From NCBI RefSeq assembly GCF_003334335.1, contig NZ_QOWQ01000012.1: a DNA stretch of 64,000 bases; one strand, written 5' to 3'. This stretch comes from Escherichia coli (GTDB lineage Bacteria > Pseudomonadota > Gammaproteobacteria > Enterobacterales > Enterobacteriaceae). Below the pieces are notes generated by a model, which searched no databases, had not been told where the DNA came from, and saw nothing but the letters and a program-made list of their open reading frames with translations. Of this stretch, positions 40,728-51,741 are shown piece after piece (positions within the stretch are counted from its first letter, which is position 1; every line of letters starts with the position of its first letter). A program made the position numbers and the translations under genes.

Positions 40728-42404
40728 TTACCCCGTCACCACCTCACCCGCCGGTGGCGTTTCCAGCAGTTCCAGCATGGTACGGGCGATTTCACGCTCG
40801 CCCATCACTACCTGATTCGCACCACGTTCGGTGATATACGCCACTTCATCGTCATAATGGGCGCGGGCAATAATCTCAATATCCGGATTTTTCGCGCGGG
40901 CAGATGCCACAATCTCACCCGCTTCATAACCGTTGGGAATCGTCAGGATCAGCCATTTTGCACATTCCAGATGCGCCAGTTGCATAATTTCTTCGTTCGC
41001 CGCATTGCCCAATACTGCGCGGACCCCGCGCTCTCGCAGCTCATCAACACGGGTTCGTGACGTCTCAATCACCACCAGCGGAATATCAGAGGCGAGCAAT
41101 TTCTCCCCCAGCAGGCTGCCTACACGACCGTAACCCACCAGTAGCGCATGGTTGCAAATATCCACTGGGATCTGCTTCTCTTCTTCGATTGCCTCTTCCA
41201 GCGTCTGCTCTTCCAGCGTTTCGGTCTTCGCCAGATATTTCTCCAGTAGTGCGAACAGTACCGGGTTGAGCATAATCGACAGGATCGCCCCTGCCAGTAC
41301 CAGGTTTTGTCCGGCCTGCGGCAGTAAATTCAATGCCATTCCCAGTCCCGCCAGGATAAACGCGAACTCACCAATCTGCGCCAGGCTGGCGGCGATGGTT
41401 AATGCCGTACGTTGGGAGTGACCAAACAGTCGCACCAGGAAAAATGCGGCTAACGACTTACCAAACAGAATAATCGCCAGCGTCGCCAGCACTGCCAGCG
41501 GTTGCTGAATCAGAATTAACGGATCAAACAACATCCCGACGGAGACAAAAAACAGCACCGCAAACGCGTCGCGCAATGGCAGCGTATCGTGGGCGGCACG
41601 GTGACTCAGTTCAGACTCGTTCAGTACCATCCCGGCAAAGAACGCACCGAGTGCAAAGGAGACATCAAACAGCTCTACCGCACCAAAGGCAACCCCTAAC
41701 GCCAGCGCCAGCACCGACAGGGTAAACAGCTCGCGAGAACCGGTTGCCGCGCTGCGTGCCATAATCCACGGCACCAGACGGCGACCTACCAGCATCATAA
41801 TGGCGATAAATGCGATCACTTTGCCGATGGTGATCCCCATATCGACTGCAAGAGTGGCAAAGCCCACATCGCCCTGTTCCATCATTCCTGCCACTGCGGG
41901 CAGCAACACCAGCGTCAGAACCATTACCAGGTCTTCCACAATCAACCAACCGATGGCGATTTGCCCACGCTGACTGTCAATTAATTGCCGTTCTTCAAGT
42001 GCGCGCAGTAACACCACGGTACTGGCGGTGGAAAGACATAAACCGAACACGATACCGGTCATTAACGACCAGCCCAGCACGGCAGAGAGCGCCATACCCA
42101 GCAGCGTCGCCACGGCTATCTGGGCGATCGCACCGGGAATGGCGATGGCCTTTACCGCCATCAAATCCTTCAGCGAAAAGTGCAAACCGACGCCAAACAT
42201 CAACAGAATGACGCCCAGTTCAGCCAGTTCCGGGGCAAGCTTGGTATCGGCAACAAAGCCCGGAGTGAATGGTCCTGCCAGCACACCCGCTAACAGATAT
42301 CCCACCAGAGGAGAAATACGTAGTTTATTGGCCAGCATGCCGAGGATAAAGGCGAGCACAAGGCCGCCAACAATGGTGGTGATAAGCGGGGTGGCGTGAT
42401 GCAT
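40728..42404 (-). CDS. ybaL: CPA2-family cation/proton antiporter with C-terminal RCK/TrkA-N domain
   Basis: 558 aa; MHHATPLITTIVGGLVLAFILGMLANKLRISPLVGYLLAGVLAGPFTPGF...; Rossmann motif GYGRVGS in the C-terminal domain. Confidence 0.9.
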   Translation of the reverse strand: MHHATPLITTIVGGLVLAFILGMLANKLRISPLVGYLLAGVLAGPFTPGFVADTKLAPELAELGVILLMFGVGLHFSLKDLMAVKAIAIPGAIAQIAVATLLGMALSAVLGWSLMTGIVFGLCLSTASTVVLLRALEERQLIDSQRGQIAIGWLIVEDLVMVLTLVLLPAVAGMMEQGDVGFATLAVDMGITIGKVIAFIAIMMLVGRRLVPWIMARSAATGSRELFTLSVLALALGVAFGAVELFDVSFALGAFFAGMVLNESELSHRAAHDTLPLRDAFAVLFFVSVGMLFDPLILIQQPLAVLATLAIILFGKSLAAFFLVRLFGHSQRTALTIAASLAQIGEFAFILAGLGMALNLLPQAGQNLVLAGAILSIMLNPVLFALLEKYLAKTETLEEQTLEEAIEEEKQIPVDICNHALLVGYGRVGSLLGEKLLASDIPLVVIETSRTRVDELRERGVRAVLGNAANEEIMQLAHLECAKWLILTIPNGYEAGEIVASARAKNPDIEIIARAHYDDEVAYITERGANQVVMGEREIARTMLELLETPPAGEVVTG

Positions 42405-42641
42405 TCCGTCTCCTTTTCCTGGTGGTTATTGTCCATTTTTGGCCGGGAAAACCAAAATTACAGGTAATAGTTTATGACAATTTCATTGATGATGTTCATG
42501 AATAATTATTGAATTTTGCAGAAAAATGGAATTAGCTGCAAAAAAAGCACGGATCGGAAAACAGAAGGCGGTTTAACAGAGGAAAGGCTTATGGCGACTG
42601 TAAAACGATGCAGCCAAAGTTTGCCTTTGGCTGCAATGAAA

Positions 42642-43862
42642 TCAGTCTTTATGCCGGTTATCAGGCAGGAATATGGTCAACATCCCCAATAGTGGCAGGA
42701 AAGCACAGATTTTATAGACTAACTCGATGCTGGTGTGATCGGCGATAAGCCCCAGAACTGCCGCTCCCAGACCTCCCATGCCAAAAGCAAAACCGAAAAA
42801 GAGTCCAGAAACCATACCGATACGTCCTGGAAGCAGCTCCTGAGCGTAGACCAGAATGGCAGAGAATGCCGAAGCGAGGATAAATCCAATAATCACCGTT
42901 AAAACCCCCGTCCAGTGCAGGCTGGCGTAGGGTAAAATCAGCGTAAACGGCGCAACGCCGAGGATAGAGCCCCAAATCACATATTTCCGCCCAATTTTAT
43001 CCCCTACAGGCCCGCCGATCACCGTACCTGCCGCAATGGCAAACAGGAAGGCAAACAGATGAAGCTGAGCATTCTGGATAGATAATCCGAATTTTTGCAT
43101 CAGATAAAAGGTGTAATAGCTGCTGATGCTCGCCATATAGAAATATTTCGAGAAAATGAGGATTAACAGAATGCTGACCGCCAGTACAACTTTATTGCGC
43201 GGCAGTGGATTGATAATCGTCGCTTTGGGTTTTCCTTTATTCATTCGGTGCTGTGCCGAGTACCAACGGCTGATTTGCGCCAACACCACGATCGCCAGCA
43301 GTGCCGCAAGCACAAACCAGGCAACGTTGCCTTTGCCATAAGGCGCGATAATCACCGCCGCCAGCAAGGGTCCCAGGGAACTGCCAAAGTTGCCGCCGAC
43401 CTGAAAGATAGATTGCGCCAGGCCATGCCGCCCGCCGGAAGCCATACGGGCCACGCGAGAAGATTCCGGATGAAAGACCGATGAACCGGTACCGACCAGC
43501 GCCGCCGCCAGCAGAACTGCGCCAAAACTGCCCGCCAGCGCAAGCAGCACCAGACCGCTTAAGGTAAAGCACATGCCAATTGGCAACGACCATGGCATCG
43601 GATATTTATCGGTCCAGTAGCCGACCACTGGTTGCAGTAGCGAAGAGGCGAGCTGGAAGGTGAGGGTTATCATGCCAATCTGCATAAATGTCAGAGAAAA
43701 TTCTGACTGAAGCAGCGGATAAATCGCCAGAATCAGCGATTGGATCATGTCGTTCAGCAGATGTGAGAGGCTGATAGCACCTAAAATACCAAACGATGTT
43801 CGGGCCTTGGTCGTTGACGCAGCCGCGCCCGCCACAGGCTGGGGTTGTTCACTCATTGCCAT
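42642..43862 (-). CDS. fsr: MFS transporter (fosmidomycin resistance protein)
   Basis: 406 aa; 12-TM MFS protein, MAMSEQPQPVAGAAASTTKARTSFGILGAISLSHLLNDMIQS... Confidence 0.9.
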   Translation of the reverse strand: MAMSEQPQPVAGAAASTTKARTSFGILGAISLSHLLNDMIQSLILAIYPLLQSEFSLTFMQIGMITLTFQLASSLLQPVVGYWTDKYPMPWSLPIGMCFTLSGLVLLALAGSFGAVLLAAALVGTGSSVFHPESSRVARMASGGRHGLAQSIFQVGGNFGSSLGPLLAAVIIAPYGKGNVAWFVLAALLAIVVLAQISRWYSAQHRMNKGKPKATIINPLPRNKVVLAVSILLILIFSKYFYMASISSYYTFYLMQKFGLSIQNAQLHLFAFLFAIAAGTVIGGPVGDKIGRKYVIWGSILGVAPFTLILPYASLHWTGVLTVIIGFILASAFSAILVYAQELLPGRIGMVSGLFFGFAFGMGGLGAAVLGLIADHTSIELVYKICAFLPLLGMLTIFLPDNRHKD

Positions 43863-44079
43863 AGGAAAGTCACTTTTTCAGGGTTGCGATGTAAAGAATG
43901 ATCTTATTTGTGATTATTACCAGACTAACATACCTGTATGCGTCGTCTGAAGGAAGTCTCAACGCCGAATACAGAATTTCTAATCTGGATGCAGATTTAT
44001 CTTCACCGGACGCAGACTTGTCTATGATGTCGCGTCATACTATTTTTCAACACGTTGAAATCAGGTCAGGGAGAGAAGT

Positions 44080-45732
44080 ATGAAATTATTGCAGCGGGGC
44101 GTGGCGTTAGCGCTGTTAACCACATTTACACTGGCGAGTGAAACTGCTCTGGCGTATGAGCAGGATAAAACCTACAAAATTACAGTTCTGCATACCAATG
44201 ATCATCATGGGCATTTTTGGCGCAATGAATATGGCGAATATGGTCTGGCGGCGCAAAAAACGCTGGTGGATGGTATCCGCAAAGAGGTTGCGGCTGAAGG
44301 CGGTAGCGTGCTGCTACTTTCCGGTGGTGACATTAACACTGGCGTGCCCGAGTCTGACTTACAGGATGCCGAACCTGATTTTCGCGGTATGAATCTGGTG
44401 GGCTATGACGCGATGGCGATCGGTAATCATGAATTTGATAATCCGCTCACCGTATTACGCCAGCAGGAAAAGTGGGCCAAGTTCCCGTTGCTTTCCGCGA
44501 ATATCTACCAGAAAAGTACTGGCGAGCGCCTGTTTAAACCGTGGGCGCTGTTTAAGCGTCAGGATCTGAAAATTGCCGTTATTGGGCTGACAACCGATGA
44601 CACAGCAAAAATTGGTAACCCGGAATACTTCACTGATATCGAATTTCGTAAGCCCGCCGATGAAGCGAAGCTGGTGATTCAGGAGCTGCAACAGACAGAA
44701 AAGCCAGACATTATTATCGCGGCGACCCATATGGGGCATTACGATAATGGTGAGCACGGCTCTAACGCACCGGGCGATGTGGAGATGGCACGCGCGCTGC
44801 CTGCCGGATCGCTGGCGATGATCGTCGGTGGTCACTCGCAAGATCCGGTCTGCATGGCGGCAGAAAACAAAAAACAGGTCGATTACGTGCCGGGTACGCC
44901 ATGCAAACCAGATCAACAAAACGGCATCTGGATTGTGCAGGCGCATGAGTGGGGCAAATACGTGGGACGGGCTGATTTTGAGTTTCGTAATGGCGAAATG
45001 AAAATGGTTAACTACCAGCTGATTCCGGTGAACCTGAAGAAGAAAGTGACCTGGGAAGACGGGAAAAGCGAGCGCGTGCTTTACACTCCTGAAATCGCTG
45101 AAAACCAGCAAATGATCTCGCTGTTATCACCGTTCCAGAACAAAGGCAAAGCGCAGCTGGAAGTGAAAATAGGCGAAACCAATGGTCGTCTGGAAGGCGA
45201 TCGTGACAAAGTGCGTTTTGTACAGACCAATATGGGGCGGTTGATTCTGGCAGCCCAAATGGATCGCACTGGTGCCGACTTTGCGGTGATGAGCGGAGGC
45301 GGAATTCGTGATTCTATCGAAGCAGGCGATATCAGCTATAAAAACGTGCTGAAAGTGCAGCCATTCGGCAATGTGGTGGTGTATGCCGACATGACCGGTA
45401 AAGAGGTGATTGATTACCTGACCGCCGTCGCGCAGATGAAGCCAGATTCAGGTGCCTACCCGCAATTTGCCAACGTTAGCTTTGTGGCGAAAGACGGCAA
45501 ACTGAACGACCTTAAAATCAAAGGCGAACCGGTCGATCCGGCGAAAACTTACCGTATGGCGACATTAAACTTCAATGCCACCGGCGGTGATGGATATCCG
45601 CGCCTTGATAACAAACCGGGCTATGTGAATACCGGCTTTATTGATGCCGAAGTGCTGAAAGCGTATATCCAGAAAAGCTCGCCGCTGGATGTGAGTGTTT
45701 ATGAACCGAAAGGTGAGGTGAGCTGGCAGTAA
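44080..45732 (+). CDS. ushA: Periplasmic 5'-nucleotidase / UDP-sugar hydrolase
   Basis: 550 aa; signal peptide MKLLQRGVALALLTTFTLASETALA then metallophosphoesterase motifs (ITVLHTNDHHGHF, GNHEFD). Confidence 0.95.
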   Translation: MKLLQRGVALALLTTFTLASETALAYEQDKTYKITVLHTNDHHGHFWRNEYGEYGLAAQKTLVDGIRKEVAAEGGSVLLLSGGDINTGVPESDLQDAEPDFRGMNLVGYDAMAIGNHEFDNPLTVLRQQEKWAKFPLLSANIYQKSTGERLFKPWALFKRQDLKIAVIGLTTDDTAKIGNPEYFTDIEFRKPADEAKLVIQELQQTEKPDIIIAATHMGHYDNGEHGSNAPGDVEMARALPAGSLAMIVGGHSQDPVCMAAENKKQVDYVPGTPCKPDQQNGIWIVQAHEWGKYVGRADFEFRNGEMKMVNYQLIPVNLKKKVTWEDGKSERVLYTPEIAENQQMISLLSPFQNKGKAQLEVKIGETNGRLEGDRDKVRFVQTNMGRLILAAQMDRTGADFAVMSGGGIRDSIEAGDISYKNVLKVQPFGNVVVYADMTGKEVIDYLTAVAQMKPDSGAYPQFANVSFVAKDGKLNDLKIKGEPVDPAKTYRMATLNFNATGGDGYPRLDNKPGYVNTGFIDAEVLKAYIQKSSPLDVSVYEPKGEVSWQ

Positions 45733-45739
45733 TCCGAAA

Positions 45740-45763
45740 GTGCCGGATGTTTGCATCCGGCAC
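45740..45763. terminator. Bidirectional terminator between convergent ushA and ybaK
   Basis: Perfect hairpin gtgccggatg-tttg-catccggcac between the ushA stop (45730-45732) and ybaK stop (45769-45771). Confidence 0.75.
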
Positions 45764-45768
45764 AATGC

Positions 45769-46263
<495 letters not shown>

Positions 46264-46369
46264 TTAAACAAAAAAACGAAGCAAGCATACGCCTGATGGC
46301 GGTCCAAAAAAAAGAGTCATCTTGCCTAAGAGTATTGGCAGGATGGTGAGATTGAGCGACAATCGAGTT

Positions 46370-46453
46370 ACACCGTCGCTTAAAGTGACGGCATAATAAT
46401 AAAAAAATGAAATTCCTCTTTGACGGGCCAATAGCGATATTGGCCATTTTTTT
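46370..46453 (+). ncRNA. chiX: Hfq-dependent small RNA ChiX (MicM/SroB/RybC)
   Basis: ybaK-ybaP intergenic; acaccgtcgcttaaagtgacggcataataataaaaaaatgaaattcctctttgacgggccaatagcgatattggccattttttt matches the ChiX sequence as I recall it, ending in hairpin ggccaatagcgatattggcc plus T7. Confidence 0.75.
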
Positions 46454-47246
46454 AGCGCAACATTTGCGGCAAATTCCCTTCTCCATACAGGTGTAGTGCA
46501 CCGACCGCGACCACATATCGCCCCGGCGGCATGGCGCGTAATTTATCCCGCCAGGCGAGATTTCGCTGATGCATCAGCACATCGTACAGCGACTGACTGA
46601 ACGTATTGGGCAGCGTTATATCATTATTTTGCGGCGGTGCATTCAGCCACCAGCTCATCATTTGTTGCAGCAACCGTGCGTTGGTATGCCAGTGGGTCAG
46701 CGTATCGTCCAGCAGCGCCAGTCCTTTGTCAGGGAGCTGGAGCAACATGGCAATCTGGTTTTCAGCCCCTTCCAGTTCAATCACGGGTTTATGTTGTTGC
46801 TTCGCCGCCTGCAATAGCTGGTAATCGATACCGTATTCTGCCCGCAGCCCCAGTTTTTGTGCCTGCGTCGCCTGAAGAACCATCGCGATTTGCCACAGCG
46901 GTTGGGTAGAAAAGAGTGAGGGAGAAATGCCCATCTCCTGGCTAATGTGCTGCAGGTTTTGGAGTTGCTCCTCGCTAATGCGCTCTTCCAGCGCCTCGCA
47001 GGCAGGCAAATTAGCAAAAGGCGTATCGCTGGTGGAAACATCCGCCTCGACGATCAGCGCATCGGCGTTTTTGAGCTTTTTGAGCAAACGGGTGGGCAGG
47101 GGAGCCATATCGTGGCTACCCATATGAATACTGCCAATCAGATGAAAATGGCGATTGCCGGGGAGGGTGATATCGATGGCAGGCCAGGTGTAATGATTAC
47201 CGCGCAGCGCGGCCCAAAGCGTTTTTACCCGGTACAACAGATCCAT
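46452..47246 (-). CDS. ybaP: TraB/GumN-family protein YbaP
   Basis: 264 aa; MDLLYRVKTLWAALRGNHYTWPAIDITLPGNRHFHLIGSIHMGSHDMAPLPT... Confidence 0.85.
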   Translation of the reverse strand: MDLLYRVKTLWAALRGNHYTWPAIDITLPGNRHFHLIGSIHMGSHDMAPLPTRLLKKLKNADALIVEADVSTSDTPFANLPACEALEERISEEQLQNLQHISQEMGISPSLFSTQPLWQIAMVLQATQAQKLGLRAEYGIDYQLLQAAKQQHKPVIELEGAENQIAMLLQLPDKGLALLDDTLTHWHTNARLLQQMMSWWLNAPPQNNDITLPNTFSQSLYDVLMHQRNLAWRDKLRAMPPGRYVVAVGALHLYGEGNLPQMLR

Positions 47247-47383
47247 ACGACCTCCCTTTGTGAAATATCATGCTAGCGCGCGGTGAGGGATGGCGCAAAT
47301 GGAGTTGGAGACTTGTTTAATGTGTTTGTATGATTCAGTATGTTCTTGCATCGCTATTCACAAGGAAGCAACAGTTAAAAACC

Positions 47384-47725
47384 ATGAAACAGGCAACAAG
47401 AAAACCGACGACACCCGGAGATATTCTTCTCTATGAATATCTGGAACCGCTCGATTTGAAAATCAATGAGTTAGCAGAGTTGCTGCATGTTCATCGTAAT
47501 AGCGTCAGTGCACTGATCAATAACAATCGTAAACTCACTACTGAGATGGCATTTCGTCTGGCGAAAGTTTTTGATACCACAGTCGATTTTTGGCTAAACC
47601 TCCAGGCGGCGGTTGATCTTTGGGAAGTTGAAAACAACATGCGCACCCAGGAAGAATTGGGACGGATTGAAACAGTGGCTGAATATTTGGCACGCCGTGA
47701 AGAGCGTGCAAAAAAGGTCGCGTAA
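47384..47725 (+). CDS. ybaQ: XRE-family HTH protein, HigA-antitoxin-like (no partner toxin adjacent)
   Basis: Track ORF 131 aa; ATG at 47384 gives 113 aa MKQATRKPTTPGDILLYEYLEPLDLKINELAELLHVHRNSVSALINNNRKLTTEMAFRLAKVF (HTH_XRE). Confidence 0.8.
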   Translation: MKQATRKPTTPGDILLYEYLEPLDLKINELAELLHVHRNSVSALINNNRKLTTEMAFRLAKVFDTTVDFWLNLQAAVDLWEVENNMRTQEELGRIETVAEYLARREERAKKVA

Positions 47726-47746
47726 GGCCAAAACATCGCTTCATCT

Positions 47747-48000
<254 letters not shown>

Positions 48001-48040
48001 AAATGCGCCACCCTAAAGCAGCGCATCCGCAATGATGTAC

Positions 48041-50545
48041 TTATTCCTTCGGTTTAAACCGCAGCAACCGGTTGGCGTTACTCACTACGGTAATCGACGA
48101 GAGCGCCATTGCCGCTCCGGCAACTACCGGGTTAAGCAGTGTTCCAGTGAACGGCCACAAAATACCGGCGGCGACCGGAATACCGATACTGTTGTAGATA
48201 AACGCACCGAGCAGGTTCTGCTTCATGTTGTGCAGCGTTGCGCGGGAAATAGCGAGCGCATCCGCAACGCCCATCAGGCTATGGCGCATCAGGGTAATCG
48301 CCGCGGTTTCAATGGCAACATCACTGCCGCCACCCATCGCAATGCCGACATCCGCCTGAGCCAGCGCTGGCGCGTCGTTAATGCCGTCGCCCACCATTGC
48401 CACCTGACGTCCTTCACTTTGCAGATGTTTGATCGCTTCGGCTTTACCGTCCGGCAGCACCCCGGCGATCACCTCATCAATCCCTGCTTCTTTGGCGATC
48501 GCATTGGCGGTGGTTGGGTTATCCCCGGTCAACATCACCAGACGATATCCCGCTTTATGCAGGCGTTGCAGCGCCGCCACGCTATCACTACGCAACGGAT
48601 CGCGTACTGCCAGCAGGGCTACCGCTTTCCCGTCAACCGCCAGCAGCACAGGCGTTGCCCCTTGCGATGCCTGAGCAGTAATCTCCGCTTCGATAGCTTT
48701 GGTACCAACCTGTTGCTCATTTAACAGCGCCTGATTGCCCAGCAATAACGCATGACCTTCAGCTTCACCGCTCACGCCCAGCCCGCGCAATGTGCGGAAA
48801 CCGTTGACCTGCGGTAGCTGCATATCACCTGCTTTATCGAGGATCGCTCGTGCCAGCGGATGGCTGGAACCTTGCTCCAGTGCCGCCGCCAGACGCAATG
48901 CCTGCGCTTCATCAACATCAGCAAATGTTTTCACTGCGACAACCTGCGGCTTCCCTTCAGTCAGCGTCCCGGTTTTATCGAACACTACAGTGTCGAGTGT
49001 ACTGGCGCGTTGCAGCGCGTCAGCGTCCCGCACCAGCACGCCAAACTCAGCCGCCCGCCCGACGCCGGAAATAATCGACATCGGCGTCGCCAGCCCCAGC
49101 GCACACGGACAGGCAATAATCAGTACCGTGGTGGCAATCACCAGGGTATAGACAATCTGCGGTGCCGGACCAAAGAAATACCAGATTGCCGCACTGACAA
49201 GCGCAATAACCACCACTACCGGCACAAATACGGCTGAGATTTTATCCGCCAGCTGACCGATTTCTGGCTTGCTGCTCTGGGCCTGGCGCACCATGCGAAT
49301 GATTCGTGACAGCGTAGTATGGCTGCCAACCGCACTGGCACGAAACAGCACACTGCCGTCCTGTACCACTGTCCCGGCATGGACGCTATCGCCTTCGCCT
49401 TTTTGCTGCGGGATTGGTTCGCCCGTCAGCATCGCTTCATCCAGCCATGCTTCGCCCTGGGTAATCTCGCCATCTACCGGCACGCGATCGCCGGTCGTCA
49501 GGCGCAGCAACATACCTGGCTGCACTTCTGCCAGAGGCACGCTTTTTTCACCTTCGTCAGTAACCAGGCGTGCCGTCGGCGGGGTTAAATCGAGTAACTT
49601 TTCCAGCGCCTTAGAAGAACGCTGGCGTGCGCGCGCTTCCAGCATATGGCCGAGATTGATCAGACCGATAATCATCGCGCTGGCTTCGTAATAAAGATGT
49701 CGCGCTTCCATCGGGAACCACTGCGGCCACAGGTTGACGCTCATCGAATAGAGCCACGCCACGCCAGTACCCAGCGCCACCAGCGTATCCATCGTCGCCG
49801 CACCGTTCAGCAGGCTTTTCCATGCACTGCGGTAAAAATGGCCGCCGGCGAAAACCATCACTGCCAGGGTTATCAGGCCGATAACCAACCACAGGCTGCG
49901 GTTGTCAGCGGTGACCATCATGTTATCGCCGATCATCCCCCAGACCATCACCGGGATACCCACCGCCAGTGCGACAATTGCCTGCCAGCGGAAGCGCTTC
50001 ATCGTAGCGACGGCGGTTTCTTGCTGGCGCTCGCGGCGTTTAGCGTCATCTTCAATCGCTTCCGCGCCGTAGCCCGCTTTTTCCACCGCCTGCACTAAAT
50101 CTTGTGGGGAGGCACTGCCCATCACCAGCGCAGTACGCTCCGCCAGGTTTACCCGTGCCTGAGTGACGCCCGGTACGCTTTGCAGCGCATTTTGTACGCG
50201 GGTGACACAGCTGGCGCAGCTCATGCCGCTCAGCAGCAACTGCTGGCTGTCATCGTCATCGGCGGTCGCTGCCGGAAGCGCCTCAGAAACCGCTGTCAGT
50301 GCTTCCGACGGGATTGATGACTCCGCCAGCGGTTTAGCCTTTGGGTGGCTTACAGATGCGTCATAACCCGCTTGTTTGATGGTTTCGATCAGCTGTTCTG
50401 CACTGGCAGTCCCGGTAACGTGCGCTTCAGTGATAGACACATCCGCCTGCTCAACATCCGGACGCTGTTCAAGACTTTCTTTCACGCGTTTAACGCAGTG
50501 ACCGCAGGACAGGCCGTCCAGGGTCAGGTCGATAGTTTGTGACAT
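48041..50545 (-). CDS. copA: Cu(I)-translocating P1B-type ATPase CopA
   Basis: 834 aa; two N-terminal CxxC metal-binding domains (GLSCGHC, GMSCASC), CPC transmembrane motif, DKTGT phosphorylation site. Confidence 0.95.
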   Translation of the reverse strand: MSQTIDLTLDGLSCGHCVKRVKESLEQRPDVEQADVSITEAHVTGTASAEQLIETIKQAGYDASVSHPKAKPLAESSIPSEALTAVSEALPAATADDDDSQQLLLSGMSCASCVTRVQNALQSVPGVTQARVNLAERTALVMGSASPQDLVQAVEKAGYGAEAIEDDAKRRERQQETAVATMKRFRWQAIVALAVGIPVMVWGMIGDNMMVTADNRSLWLVIGLITLAVMVFAGGHFYRSAWKSLLNGAATMDTLVALGTGVAWLYSMSVNLWPQWFPMEARHLYYEASAMIIGLINLGHMLEARARQRSSKALEKLLDLTPPTARLVTDEGEKSVPLAEVQPGMLLRLTTGDRVPVDGEITQGEAWLDEAMLTGEPIPQQKGEGDSVHAGTVVQDGSVLFRASAVGSHTTLSRIIRMVRQAQSSKPEIGQLADKISAVFVPVVVVIALVSAAIWYFFGPAPQIVYTLVIATTVLIIACPCALGLATPMSIISGVGRAAEFGVLVRDADALQRASTLDTVVFDKTGTLTEGKPQVVAVKTFADVDEAQALRLAAALEQGSSHPLARAILDKAGDMQLPQVNGFRTLRGLGVSGEAEGHALLLGNQALLNEQQVGTKAIEAEITAQASQGATPVLLAVDGKAVALLAVRDPLRSDSVAALQRLHKAGYRLVMLTGDNPTTANAIAKEAGIDEVIAGVLPDGKAEAIKHLQSEGRQVAMVGDGINDAPALAQADVGIAMGGGSDVAIETAAITLMRHSLMGVADALAISRATLHNMKQNLLGAFIYNSIGIPVAAGILWPFTGTLLNPVVAGAAMALSSITVVSNANRLLRFKPKE

Positions 50546-50584
50546 AAAACACTCCTTTAAGACAGTTTTGACTGGCTGTGATAA

Positions 50585-50615
50585 AGGTTAAACCTTCCAG
50601 CAAGGGGAAGGTCAA
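50585..50615 (-). promoter_or_regulatory. copA promoter with CueR (MerR-type) operator in a 19-bp spacer
   Basis: Minus strand reads TTGACC (-35, 50610-50615), 19-nt spacer containing the dyad CCTTCC-N7-GGAAGG (50593-50611), then TAACCT (-10, 50585-50590), ~40 bp upstream of the copA ATG at 50545. Confidence 0.8.
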
Positions 50616-50806
50616 GAAATTAATAAACCAGGCGGGTAAAAGTCCGTAAAGATTAAAAAATCGGCTCGATTTGCATCAGGATTAGACATTTATCTCTTTG
50701 TTTTCCTGTAGTTAAGTTGCGGGTGCTAAGTTAAATCAGGATGCCTGAAAATCGGCACCGGGGTGAGGAATTACCTCCCGCATCTATAAAAAGGAGTTAA
50801 CAAAAG

Positions 50807-51739
50807 ATGTTAGATGCAAACAAATTACAGCAGGCAGTGGATCAGGCTTACACCCAATTTCACTCACTTAACGGCGGACAAAATGCCGATTACATTCCCT
50901 TTCTGGCGAATGTACCAGGTCAACTGGCGGCAGTGGCTATCGTGACCTGCGATGGCAACGTCTATAGTGCGGGTGACAGTGATTACCGCTTTGCACTGGA
51001 ATCCATCTCGAAAGTCTGTACGTTAGCCCTTGCGTTAGAAGATGTCGGCCCGCAGGCGGTACAGGACAAAATTGGCGCTGACCCGACCGGATTGCCCTTT
51101 AACTCAGTTATCGCCTTAGAGTTGCATGGCGGCAAACCGCTTTCGCCACTGGTAAATGCTGGCGCTATTGCCACCACCAGCCTGATTAACGCTGAAAATG
51201 TTGAACAACGCTGGCAGCGAATTTTACATATCCAACAGCAACTGGCTGGCGAGCAGGTAGCGCTCTCTGACGAAGTCAACCAGTCGGAACAAACAACCAA
51301 CTTCCATAACCGGGCCATAGCCTGGCTGCTGTACTCCGCCGGATATCTCTATTGTGATGCAATGGAAGCCTGTGACGTGTATACCCGTCAGTGCTCCACG
51401 CTCCTCAATACTATTGAACTGGCAACGCTTGGCGCGACGCTGGCGGCAGGTGGTGTGAATCCGTTGACGCATAAACGCGTTCTTCAGGCCGACAACGTGC
51501 CGTACATTCTGGCCGAAATGATGATGGAAGGGCTGTATGGTCGCTCCGGTGACTGGGCGTATCGTGTTGGTTTACCGGGCAAAAGCGGTGTAGGTGGCGG
51601 TATTCTGGCGGTCGTCCCTGGAGTGATGGGAATTGCCGCGTTCTCACCACCGCTGGACGAAGATGGCAACAGTGTTCGCGGTCAAAAAATGGTGGCATCG
51701 GTCGCTAAGCAACTCGGCTATAACGTGTTTAAGGGCTGA
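50807..51739 (+). CDS. glsA: Glutaminase 1
   Basis: 310 aa; MLDANKLQQAVDQAYTQFHSLNGGQNADYIPFLANVPGQLAAVAIVTCDGNVYSAGD (serine-dependent glutaminase family). Confidence 0.9.
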   Translation: MLDANKLQQAVDQAYTQFHSLNGGQNADYIPFLANVPGQLAAVAIVTCDGNVYSAGDSDYRFALESISKVCTLALALEDVGPQAVQDKIGADPTGLPFNSVIALELHGGKPLSPLVNAGAIATTSLINAENVEQRWQRILHIQQQLAGEQVALSDEVNQSEQTTNFHNRAIAWLLYSAGYLYCDAMEACDVYTRQCSTLLNTIELATLGATLAAGGVNPLTHKRVLQADNVPYILAEMMMEGLYGRSGDWAYRVGLPGKSGVGGGILAVVPGVMGIAAFSPPLDEDGNSVRGQKMVASVAKQLGYNVFKG

Positions 51740-51741
51740 TC

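Noticed and set aside
48032-48724. 230-aa plus-strand ORF overlapping the copA 3' region
   Set aside because: Antisense to copA, which has clear P-type ATPase motifs; no independent support.
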